Virus record (IMG/VR): IMGVR_UViG_3300029349_000001
Location: 1-64,000 of that record
Reading direction: 5' to 3' (one strand)
DNA: 64,000 bases
DNA from: a virus
In this document: piece after piece, positions 37,812 through 47,414 of the stretch
Position numbering within the stretch: the stretch's first letter is position 1
Layout: every line of letters starts with the position of its first letter
Position numbers and translations under genes: made by a program
The notes under the pieces: generated by a model
The model's database searches: none
What the model saw: only the letters and a program-made list of their open reading frames with translations
Told to the model about the DNA's origin: nothing

Positions 37812-40800
37812 ATGCCTACTCCGCCACCGGCCCCAATTACCATTAAATTTGATTTTAGACACTATATACCCAACCAGGATTTATCTGCTGGTACTGTGCA
37901 ATTGGACGGAATGGATTGTGCTGACAAGAGTTTTGTAGCCACCATATTGGCCGAAAATCTCATGCCAGGACATAGTTATAGAACCACATATGAACTGGTC
38001 AATCCTCAAACTGATCAAAAGGTCTTCAATCCAGCTTCTTCTGATTTATATGCTTCTTATGGATCTCAAAATTTTGTTACGTCCGTTGTATTGCCTAAAG
38101 GACCAGATAAAGAATCTAATAGTTATGTACTCAAGGCCACTATTACAGATCTAACAGAAGGATCTACGGCAACAGCCTCTACTCAGATAAATCTTATCTG
38201 TGGCATAAAGAGACAGGTTTTTGAGGTAGAGCTTTTAGATCCAGATTCGCTCACATCTAGAGATGATGTTGTGGACTTGGGAGATTGTACTAACGGTTTT
38301 CCACTCGTTGGTGTTATTAAAAATGCTTTAATCGGCAAAGAATACGACTATCAACTATATGACAATCCAGCAGGAAGTATAATTTTTGAAAAACAAACAG
38401 GAAATGTTTATGCTGGAGATATTAATCAAAATTTTAATTCTAAAGTAGCCCTATCAGGCTATCCGTACGTATTCGTTCATGCTAAGGTTACAGAAAAAGA
38501 TACTGGAATATCTAGATTCAGTGATCCTTTACTATTAAAATGTTTTCAAACAGATCCGTGTGATGTTGCATTACCAACCGGAATAGATTGTTCTGTTGGA
38601 GCATACACATTAAAGAGATGTTCTTCTAGGGGTTTGACCACAGCTAGTTTATCTTCATTTTATGGAGGCACGGGTTTCTCTATTGGAGACAAGCTAACCA
38701 CTACTGGAGGCGGTGGCTACGGAGCAGAAATTGAAATTTTATTTGGTGGTATTACCGTAGATACGTTTAGTTCATTTCATGGTGGTTCCGGCTTCAACAT
38801 CAATGATCTTATTGAAGTTACTGGCGGTGGTGGCTCGGGAGGTTTAATTAAGATCATATCTGGTGGACTTACCAACGCCTCTATAGATTCTTTAAATGGC
38901 TGTTCAGGATTTAAGATTGGAGATTTGTTAACTACAGTAGGTGGAGGCGGCAAAGACGCACTAATAACAGTTACGGCCACAGGAGTAAACGGCAGTATTT
39001 CCGGATATTCAGTAACCCATTCGGGTTATGGATTTATAGATGCTCCAAGCGGTGTTATAGCTATTAATGGTAACGGCGCTTGTGCTAGTGCGTCTTTCAA
39101 TGATGATAATTTTACTATACCACCAGCAGGAGGCATTACTTCTGATTCATTGAATTTGGAGGGTGGTACCGGATATAATATTGGAGAAATACTAAACATA
39201 GTAGGTGGCGGCGGCACCGGAGCACAAGTTAAAATACTTTCCGGTTCTCTAACAGTAGCATCTATTAATAGTCTTGGTGGAGGAACAGGCTATTCTGTTG
39301 GCGATTATCTAACCACAGTAGGAGGAGGCGGTTCAGATGTTGTAATAAGAGTTACTGCTGTCGGCCCCAATGGTGAAATCTTAGCTTGGGAAATACTTAA
39401 TCCAGGATACGGGTTTACATCTGCTCCAACAGGATTAGTAGCTCTTACTGGATCTGGTACTGGAGCTACATTAGTGGCTAATGCCAATAATTTTGCGATT
39501 ACATCTGAAGGATCTATTACCGAAGATAGTATTATTAATTTAATCGGATCTGGCTCAGGATATCAAGTTGGAGATGAACTAATTGTTGTGGGCGGTGGAG
39601 GATCTGGTGCCGTAATCGTGATTACAGAAGTAAGTCCAACAGGCGCTATACTTGCTTATATTATTAAGAACCCCGGCTCTGGATATGATAGCATTCCTCA
39701 AATTGTGGACGAGAACCAGGTTCCTATTGTGCCACAACCATCTTGGAATATCTCTGAGTTTACAGACAATAGTTATGTTATTATTAATGCTGGTTCCGGA
39801 TACCAAAATCCGCCTACTGCTATCACATCAACTAACGGCGATGGCACAGGAGCAGAATTTGATGTTGATGTTACAAGATATACAGATCCAGCATTTATTG
39901 TTGTTAATACTGGTAGCGGATATACTTCAGCACCTACTGGCATAATAGTAAGGAGCGGAGATGGTTCTGGTGTTACAGCAACCTTTAACGATGACAGTTT
40001 CACTATTCCTTGTGCTGGTGGTATTACTTATGAATCTATCTCTGGACTTATTGGTAAGTCTTCTTTCTTAAATGGCGAAGAACTAGTTGTTGATGGAGGA
40101 GAGGGATCTGGAGGAAGAATTAAAGTTACAGCAGTAAATAACGGTGCTATAGTATCGTTTGTAGTCCTAAACGCTGGTTGTGGCTATACTGATGTTCCTA
40201 CTCTAAAGAGACTAAACGGCTTAGCTATAAATGGAGTGACTTTCGACGTAGAAGATTTTACCGATTTGGCTGTTATTGTTACCAATCCGGGTGCCGGTTT
40301 CTCTGATACTCCAACAGGCATAGAAGTATTGACCGGAGGAGGCAGCGTAGAAGATATATTTGTTGTATTTGATCCAGAGAAATTTATTGAAATAGTAGGA
40401 CCAATTCCTACTCCTCCAGTGCCAACTCCCACGGTAACCCCATCTCAGTCTCCACCAGTTCTATGCAACGACCTACAAACAGCTGGTGGACAAAACATTA
40501 TTTCTAATACTAAAACAATAAATATTGCACCAAGCGGACAAAACTTTATTGTGGTAGAAAATACAGAAGGACTTAATAAATATTCAATTGTAAGTTTAAA
40601 CAATGTACCTGCTGGAACCTATGTTGTAGATGTAACCAATTGGTTTGCTAATTTTGATAATCGTGTTCTCTATAAGAAAATTACTCTAAGTAATGCCATC
40701 ACTGGCGAAGTACCAGTAAATACCCCTGTTACTATTTATTCTACAGATATTAGATTAATTAAAGTTCCTTATTGGCCCGGCAATATGACATTCTCATACG

Positions 40801-41147
40801 ACGCCTATAGCGTACCAGACAGATTCAGAGTATTTGCAGTACCTATGGACTCTAGATTACCAGACGTACTATTGTTTGATAGTGGCTATAGAGGAAGTGA
40901 AGGTTGTGGATATGCCAACAATTTAAGTGGTCTTGGTTCCGGTAGTGTTCAACTGATGAAGCCGGATGGTTCTACTTTTATCAAGGTTGTGGTAGAAGCC
41001 CCATGCGAAGGAACGGCGTGGGAATATGCTCTATCGTGTCCACAAAGAGTATTTACTACTGTAACTTCTACACCTACACCCACACCAACTTTGACCCCAA
41101 GTATTACTCCTACAATTACCGTAACTCCATCTAGATCTAGCCTATAA
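37812..41147 (+). CDS. Virion appendage protein with seven nested Gly-rich (GxGY) repeats
   Basis: 1111 aa; two Cys-capped domains, GxG(F/Y)..GD...GGGG and NxGxGY...P repeats, C-terminal Pro/Thr tail. Confidence 0.7.
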   Translation: MPTPPPAPITIKFDFRHYIPNQDLSAGTVQLDGMDCADKSFVATILAENLMPGHSYRTTYELVNPQTDQKVFNPASSDLYASYGSQNFVTSVVLPKGPDKESNSYVLKATITDLTEGSTATASTQINLICGIKRQVFEVELLDPDSLTSRDDVVDLGDCTNGFPLVGVIKNALIGKEYDYQLYDNPAGSIIFEKQTGNVYAGDINQNFNSKVALSGYPYVFVHAKVTEKDTGISRFSDPLLLKCFQTDPCDVALPTGIDCSVGAYTLKRCSSRGLTTASLSSFYGGTGFSIGDKLTTTGGGGYGAEIEILFGGITVDTFSSFHGGSGFNINDLIEVTGGGGSGGLIKIISGGLTNASIDSLNGCSGFKIGDLLTTVGGGGKDALITVTATGVNGSISGYSVTHSGYGFIDAPSGVIAINGNGACASASFNDDNFTIPPAGGITSDSLNLEGGTGYNIGEILNIVGGGGTGAQVKILSGSLTVASINSLGGGTGYSVGDYLTTVGGGGSDVVIRVTAVGPNGEILAWEILNPGYGFTSAPTGLVALTGSGTGATLVANANNFAITSEGSITEDSIINLIGSGSGYQVGDELIVVGGGGSGAVIVITEVSPTGAILAYIIKNPGSGYDSIPQIVDENQVPIVPQPSWNISEFTDNSYVIINAGSGYQNPPTAITSTNGDGTGAEFDVDVTRYTDPAFIVVNTGSGYTSAPTGIIVRSGDGSGVTATFNDDSFTIPCAGGITYESISGLIGKSSFLNGEELVVDGGEGSGGRIKVTAVNNGAIVSFVVLNAGCGYTDVPTLKRLNGLAINGVTFDVEDFTDLAVIVTNPGAGFSDTPTGIEVLTGGGSVEDIFVVFDPEKFIEIVGPIPTPPVPTPTVTPSQSPPVLCNDLQTAGGQNIISNTKTINIAPSGQNFIVVENTEGLNKYSIVSLNNVPAGTYVVDVTNWFANFDNRVLYKKITLSNAITGEVPVNTPVTIYSTDIRLIKVPYWPGNMTFSYDAYSVPDRFRVFAVPMDSRLPDVLLFDSGYRGSEGCGYANNLSGLGSGSVQLMKPDGSTFIKVVVEAPCEGTAWEYALSCPQRVFTTVTSTPTPTPTLTPSITPTITVTPSRSSL

Positions 41148-41159
41148 TAGAGACATAAT

Positions 41160-42464
41160 ATGAGTGATTATTTATTATTAAAAATTAGTATTCTAGAACA
41201 TTCTACGGCCACAGAAAATTGTAGGCTTAGTGAGGATATTTTAACAGTAATTTGTGATCCGGTGCCAAGTCCAACACCAACAGCTACAAACACACCAACA
41301 CCAACACTCACAACCACTCCGACTAATACTCCTACAAATACATCAACACCCACACCGACCGCTACTGTTACAGCTTCTCCGATCACTCCTACGCCAACTC
41401 CGACAGCAACGAACACACCGACCCTAACACCAACATCTAGTGTAACTCCAACAGTTACGCCTACATTAACAGCCACGCCTACCGCTACACTAACACCGAC
41501 ACCAACAAATACTTTAATTATTCCACCAATCGTTAGTTTTAATGACACTAGTGATCAATTATATTTCTTTAATCTAAATGACTCAAGTGTTTTACTACAA
41601 ACACAAAAATCATTAGATAATGGTACTAGTTGGCAAGATATAGGTCCCTTTATCAGTGTAGATTCGAACTCAGGCATCTATGTTTCCCACACAGACAACT
41701 CCGCTGCTAAATTTAGATCTAGAGCATTTAGTTCCGGAGGCGGATCGATTGTTAGTCCTTGGTCATATGAATACGCATATGCTAATTCTGATAATTTAAA
41801 TGCTCCAGTTATTAACTATAATTACGACAATGGACTATTACAATTATTTAATTTAAATGATTTTAATGTTATTGCCCTTATAGAAAAATCAGAAGATGGA
41901 AACGTATGGCATAATATTACTGATTATAACGTAACTATGAATGCTAATAGTAGTAGATCTATGGCAGTAAATGCTAGTATTAGCACTAAATTCAGAGCTT
42001 TGGTCTTTACTCAATCATCTGGTGCTTCTGTTAGTTCTTGGGCTGTTACAAACAATCCTGTTGTAAGTCCCACACCCACAACAACACAAACATCTACGCC
42101 AACCCCAACTCCCACTTTAACATCTACAGCAACACCAACTCCTACTGTTACCGCTTCTCCTGGGGCTAATATAGTGTTAAATTCGGCCAACAATTGGACG
42201 TATGTGTTGAATAACTCGGTAATTTTAAAGTTTGTAAGACAAGACACAACCCAAACCAATATTAGTATTAATGTTCCGGCAAATAATATTACTCTTGTAG
42301 CTAATAATAGTGTTCCTAGTGTATCTAATATTGTATTTAATACAAACATTATTGGTCAGCTTATATATAATGGTCCTATATTCGAAAATAAGCCATTTAC
42401 TATGCGTATTGGTTCTACACCTTACTCTGGCACTATAAACTTCCAAACAATAACATTATCTTAA
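41160..42464 (+). CDS. Pro/Thr-rich virion appendage protein
   Basis: 434 aa; orphan two-strand N-terminus, long PT linkers, duplicated FnIII-like unit (FNLND...KS.D.G..W...KFR). Confidence 0.7.
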   Translation: MSDYLLLKISILEHSTATENCRLSEDILTVICDPVPSPTPTATNTPTPTLTTTPTNTPTNTSTPTPTATVTASPITPTPTPTATNTPTLTPTSSVTPTVTPTLTATPTATLTPTPTNTLIIPPIVSFNDTSDQLYFFNLNDSSVLLQTQKSLDNGTSWQDIGPFISVDSNSGIYVSHTDNSAAKFRSRAFSSGGGSIVSPWSYEYAYANSDNLNAPVINYNYDNGLLQLFNLNDFNVIALIEKSEDGNVWHNITDYNVTMNANSSRSMAVNASISTKFRALVFTQSSGASVSSWAVTNNPVVSPTPTTTQTSTPTPTPTLTSTATPTPTVTASPGANIVLNSANNWTYVLNNSVILKFVRQDTTQTNISINVPANNITLVANNSVPSVSNIVFNTNIIGQLIYNGPIFENKPFTMRIGSTPYSGTINFQTITLS

Positions 42465-42482
42465 ATAATAGAAGGATAGGCA

Positions 42483-43559
42483 ATGATTATTGATAATATC
42501 TTCAACATCAAAACTTATGCCGGTAGTCAAGCGTTGCCTTTATTCAATGCCCCCAATAGCTTAGCGACTAACACAGCATACACTACGTTTCTGAATAATA
42601 TATTTACTATATATGGAACACAAACAGTAGACGGTTCCATTCCAGTCTTCTATAAAACCAATAATGTTCCGGATCCTAAATCGTCTTTACGAGCACTAGA
42701 TCCACAGCAATCTTATTACTTTATTAGCAAGGCAGACGCCACTCTTCCCTACAATATACCATATGTTGGTAATTTGTTACCATCTCCGTATCGCAATTGT
42801 CCTACTGTGGACGTAATACCCTCTAGAGTAACACTAACAGCCTCTTCTGGAAATTATTACTATTTAATTAATGATGTTGGTAATTTAAATACAGCATATC
42901 CTTATACTTACGAAGTCAAGGTATTAAGTAGTAATTGGAAGGTCACAACACTCGCTCCTTCTGGTACAGTAGCTAGTTCACAACCAAGCAATACGATTAT
43001 ATCTGCATTAAGATTTGATACGGATGCTGGTGTTACAGACTACTCTACCTTTTTACCGCCATCTACATCATCAAGTCAAATAGATCGTAATAATTTATTT
43101 GCAATTGTAGAAGTGTCTTTGAATTCTCCTCAAAATATTGATTGCCCCAAGATTGTAGACTTGATGCTACTACAGTGCAACAACTGTATTCCTGCCCCAT
43201 CCCCAACACCAACACCCACAGTAACTACAACTCCAACATTGACTCCAACACCCACCCCTACCAAGACACCAGCCCCTACTTTTGATAGCCAGTTGACTAC
43301 CGTACAAAATAACACAGCAGTAGCAGCCAACGGCATTACTTTTACCGCTGGTCTACAAGATAGACTCGACTATACTTTAATTTCACCTAGAGTTGGTCAG
43401 GCTAGGGCCGTGAATATTTTTGTTGGTGCTACACAAGTGGCTAGAGTAGACTATACTTCGGATTATGTTGGTAGAAGCTTTAGATATTATAGATCTTCAA
43501 CAGGATTATCTTATGTCGGTACATTCTCTGATACTGTGAATGGAAATATTAATTTTTAA
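42483..43559 (+). CDS. Virion appendage protein
   Basis: 358 aa; N-terminal domain resembles the N-terminal repeats of 43585 (IYG...SSL..L), then a Cys-capped domain and a PT linker. Confidence 0.65.
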   Translation: MIIDNIFNIKTYAGSQALPLFNAPNSLATNTAYTTFLNNIFTIYGTQTVDGSIPVFYKTNNVPDPKSSLRALDPQQSYYFISKADATLPYNIPYVGNLLPSPYRNCPTVDVIPSRVTLTASSGNYYYLINDVGNLNTAYPYTYEVKVLSSNWKVTTLAPSGTVASSQPSNTIISALRFDTDAGVTDYSTFLPPSTSSSQIDRNNLFAIVEVSLNSPQNIDCPKIVDLMLLQCNNCIPAPSPTPTPTVTTTPTLTPTPTPTKTPAPTFDSQLTTVQNNTAVAANGITFTAGLQDRLDYTLISPRVGQARAVNIFVGATQVARVDYTSDYVGRSFRYYRSSTGLSYVGTFSDTVNGNINF

Positions 43560-43584
43560 TTTCTAAAAGAAGAATATCAACATC

Positions 43585-46500
43585 ATGCCAATAACTATAA
43601 ATAAGCAATATCAATTTATTAAATTTTTAGGATCTTCTAATCTAAGTCTCAATAGTTTATCTGGTTCTATTACTAATCAAATTGCTATAATTTATGGTAT
43701 TTCCGCAGATGGTTCTTCATATTTATCATGGAGCAACAGTGCTTTTTCTAGTTTACAAAATCTAGAAACTTATAAGACATATCTAATTGTTAGCAATAGT
43801 GCAAATCCTAATTATACTCTATATTCAGGCAGTGAAGTAGTCGATGCGAGCACGAGTACAGAGATTACTACCACTAGATCAATGGAAACATATAGGGGCG
43901 CAACACCTCTGACACTAAGTAGTGCTAGTTTTAAAAATAATATTTTGTTGATATATGGTATTTCTAGTGATGGCTTAGGTTTCGTATCTTATAGTCCATC
44001 GTCTCAATTTAATAGTTTAACAACACTACAACCAGATGTTGGATATGAGTTTGTTACCAACGGCACTCCTTTTACACTGTGGTTGGCTCCTGGAGCATCT
44101 CCCACCCCAACGCCAACCCTCACAGCAACACCAACACTAACGCCGACCAATACCCCAACAAGAACTCTTACCCCAACACCTACTTTAACAGCAACTGTTA
44201 CTGCCACACCAACGCTCACACCATCATTAACGCAAACCAATACGCCCACACGCACACTCACTCCTACTCCTACGCTTTCTCCCACTCCAACGAGTAGTCC
44301 TCTATTAAGTCCTAATTTTGCTAATTATAATAATCAATCTATTTTTAAAGGACTAGCTAATAGTAGTACTGTTGGTACTAACGGAGCAAAAAGCTCGTAT
44401 GGTTGCCATGACATGAGTGGAAATGTTTCGGAGTGGGTTGGTCAAGCCACCGATGTTTGTTTAAGAGGCGGTAATTTTTCGTCTTCTTCAAATGATATTT
44501 CAAAATACGGTAGATTAGTAGTAGCCGCTACCGTATCTGATCCAGCCACGGGCTTTAGAATTGCTACGTCTGGCACAAATGGCGACCACCTATCACTAGG
44601 TAATTTCATTACTATTGGAAATACTAATAACGTATCTGATCCTGATACGAGTTATGGCGCTGTGGCATATTCTTATCGCATATCTAAATTTCAGGTTACC
44701 AATGATGAATATTGTGCTTTCTTAAATAGTCAAGCAAAATTAGATACAAAAGCATTATATAATTCTTTAATGAGTAACGATGCGGAAAGAGGAGGTATAT
44801 TGAGAGGTGGATCACCAGGATCCTATTACTATGTAAGCAAAATGCATCATGGTAATAAACCAGTTAATTATGTTAATTGGATAGATTGTGCCAGATACTG
44901 TAATTGGATACATAATGGAGCAACAGACACTAGCGATACAGAAAATGGAGCATATACCATCAATCCGTTGGGAGCTGTGGCAAGAAACACAGGCGCTAAA
45001 TACTGGATACCTCTAGAAAATGAATGGTATAAGGCAGCTTTCTATGATCCAGCCTCTACCAGTTACTATTTATATAGCACACAAAATAATAGCACACCAA
45101 CAGCAGCATCTCTTAACACTAATGGAGATGGGCCATTTTCTCCATCTTCAGCTTTTGATGATGGACAAATACTTATTGCTGATACAACCAAGATGGTGGT
45201 ACTAGATACTAATAATCCTAGTAGTAATATTGTAAATATATCAGATATTAATACCACTCCACATAGTCTAACAGTTGGTCCGTTTAGAGATGATGCTTTT
45301 ATCTCTAATTCCGCCGGTCTTATAGATGTGGTGAGCCTAACTGCACAAAATCCTAGTGGCTGGGCCAAGGTTTTATCTTTAGCGGCTGGATCTGACGCTA
45401 GAAAAATATTAGTTAGTTCTGACGGATCAAGATTATATTGTTTAAATTATAATGATAGAACTATTACCGTATATGACCTACTCGGATCCCCTAGGTATGC
45501 TACAAGACTCATTATGGATTATCGCGGTTCGGGCATAGTATACGACTTTTGCAATGGAGAAAATGCAGACACAATCTATGTAGCCTGCTCTAACGGATAT
45601 GTAGTCAGAACCACTATTACTGGATCTTCTTATAATAATAATATTTATTATTACTATCATGGTTTTATTAACCAGCCAGTATCAATGACTTTCTTACAAA
45701 ATCAAATATATGTAGCCTTGGTTGATGGTGCTACTACTATTAAAACCCGCAATATAAATAATGGCGCAGAAGCGACTATTAGTATTGTTGGATTAAGTAA
45801 TTTTGGACAGGCTTCTACAGTGACTGTTGTTAGATTGGCTTTATACAATGATCCTTATAACAAATATTTAGTTTTGACAGGAGAAATATCTAATCTTAAT
45901 AGAGGAGTTATATATTATTATAATCCCCTATATAACAGACAAATGTCTATCAGTTATACCGATACTGTATCAACAATCGGTATTTATACCAATATTGCAC
46001 AAAATAAAGACTATGCATATTTATTTGCCGGTAATAGATTGCTAACTTTTGATTCAACTAATAAATATTTTAGAACCTCGGTCGTTGTATCTCCCACTTT
46101 CAATAGTTCTATTATTAGAGATGTTGAGTTTAGAAGCAATACCGCGATACCAGCACCGTCTCCTTCTCCAACACCAACTAATACTACTACTCCAACCAGA
46201 ACACCCACTAATACGCCAACAGTCACCCCAACCAACACTGTTACCCCTACATTCACTTCTACCCCAACACCAACTCCAACACAAGAACCTCCTGTAGTAT
46301 ATTCTAACTCTATGGTGGCGGCTGTGGGTGCTAACGATGTGGGCCAATTAGGAGACGGCACTTATGGTTCATCCAAGGTCTTTAAGCATATAACTGCCCC
46401 ATCAGGAAATGTATTTAATTATAATGTAAGAGCTAGTTCTTTAGGTAGTCATAATCTCATTATTGATTCCAGCAATAGACTTTGGGGATGGGGTAATAAC

Positions 46501-47388
46501 GATAGGGGTCAAGTTGGTCCGTCAGCATGGACTAGTGTGGCTCCTTCTGGTAGTGGTTTGAATACCAATCCTTCTACTATGGCATATGATACAGTTAGTA
46601 ATAGGTATGCTATATTTGGTCTTTCAAGTAATGTTGTTAATGTTTCGACTAATGGTACCGTTTGGACAAGTGCAACTATCGGAACAGCTCCTCCATCTTT
46701 AAATTGGACAACATCTATCGGATGGAATAACAATACTTCCACAGGTGGAGGATCTCCACAAACTAATCAATACTCTATCTTTGCATTAGCTAATAACTCC
46801 AATATTCTTGCAGCATATAGCAATTCAAATAATACCTGGGTATCACCCAGCTTGTCTGTTACAAGAAATTGGACCGCTATGGTACAATCAAGAAATAAGA
46901 TTTTAGCTTTTGCTAGCAATAGCAACAATGTATTTACTATAGTTCCCGGAGCAAATAATACTATTACAACATCTGACGTAAGCCTAGGCTTAGGGTCTTT
47001 AAATGTGTTCTGGAAAACTGCGGCTGTTAATAGTAATGGCTCTACTATACTAGCAATTGGGTACGATTCAAGAACCATTGTTCGTAGTACTGATAGTGGC
47101 GCTTCTTGGTCGCAGGCTGGTGTTTCTTTACCTTTAGTTGCCAAATGGGAGAAGATTATTTGTTCTAACAACAGATGGATCTTAATCGCTTCTGATCAGG
47201 ATAGTGTATATACTAGTGATGATAATGGATCTAATTGGACAGCTCGCTCAACCAGCAGCACCAACCCGTCTTGGACTCAAATATCAGTCTATAATAATAC
47301 CATTATTTTAGTTGGATTAAATAATAACTATTACTTAACAAGTACTGATAATGGCACATCTTGGAAAAAACGATTCTTAGGCGTATAA
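43585..47388 (+). CDS. Multidomain appendage protein: permuted FGE-sulfatase-like domain, beta-propeller, two RCC1 blades, BNR/Asp-box propeller
   Basis: DMSGNVSEW, GFRIA, ENEWYKAA; GANDVGQLG, GNNDRGQVG; SxDxGxxW boxes. Confidence 0.8.
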   Translation: MPITINKQYQFIKFLGSSNLSLNSLSGSITNQIAIIYGISADGSSYLSWSNSAFSSLQNLETYKTYLIVSNSANPNYTLYSGSEVVDASTSTEITTTRSMETYRGATPLTLSSASFKNNILLIYGISSDGLGFVSYSPSSQFNSLTTLQPDVGYEFVTNGTPFTLWLAPGASPTPTPTLTATPTLTPTNTPTRTLTPTPTLTATVTATPTLTPSLTQTNTPTRTLTPTPTLSPTPTSSPLLSPNFANYNNQSIFKGLANSSTVGTNGAKSSYGCHDMSGNVSEWVGQATDVCLRGGNFSSSSNDISKYGRLVVAATVSDPATGFRIATSGTNGDHLSLGNFITIGNTNNVSDPDTSYGAVAYSYRISKFQVTNDEYCAFLNSQAKLDTKALYNSLMSNDAERGGILRGGSPGSYYYVSKMHHGNKPVNYVNWIDCARYCNWIHNGATDTSDTENGAYTINPLGAVARNTGAKYWIPLENEWYKAAFYDPASTSYYLYSTQNNSTPTAASLNTNGDGPFSPSSAFDDGQILIADTTKMVVLDTNNPSSNIVNISDINTTPHSLTVGPFRDDAFISNSAGLIDVVSLTAQNPSGWAKVLSLAAGSDARKILVSSDGSRLYCLNYNDRTITVYDLLGSPRYATRLIMDYRGSGIVYDFCNGENADTIYVACSNGYVVRTTITGSSYNNNIYYYYHGFINQPVSMTFLQNQIYVALVDGATTIKTRNINNGAEATISIVGLSNFGQASTVTVVRLALYNDPYNKYLVLTGEISNLNRGVIYYYNPLYNRQMSISYTDTVSTIGIYTNIAQNKDYAYLFAGNRLLTFDSTNKYFRTSVVVSPTFNSSIIRDVEFRSNTAIPAPSPSPTPTNTTTPTRTPTNTPTVTPTNTVTPTFTSTPTPTPTQEPPVVYSNSMVAAVGANDVGQLGDGTYGSSKVFKHITAPSGNVFNYNVRASSLGSHNLIIDSSNRLWGWGNNDRGQVGPSAWTSVAPSGSGLNTNPSTMAYDTVSNRYAIFGLSSNVVNVSTNGTVWTSATIGTAPPSLNWTTSIGWNNNTSTGGGSPQTNQYSIFALANNSNILAAYSNSNNTWVSPSLSVTRNWTAMVQSRNKILAFASNSNNVFTIVPGANNTITTSDVSLGLGSLNVFWKTAAVNSNGSTILAIGYDSRTIVRSTDSGASWSQAGVSLPLVAKWEKIICSNNRWILIASDQDSVYTSDDNGSNWTARSTSSTNPSWTQISVYNNTIILVGLNNNYYLTSTDNGTSWKKRFLGV

Positions 47389-47394
47389 TATAAG
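47380..47394 (+). promoter_or_regulatory. Candidate late promoter (GGCGTA variant)
   Basis: 35 bp before ATG 47415; overlaps the last codons of 43585. Confidence 0.4.
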
Positions 47395-47414
47395 TATAAT
47401 ATCAAGGATACATT

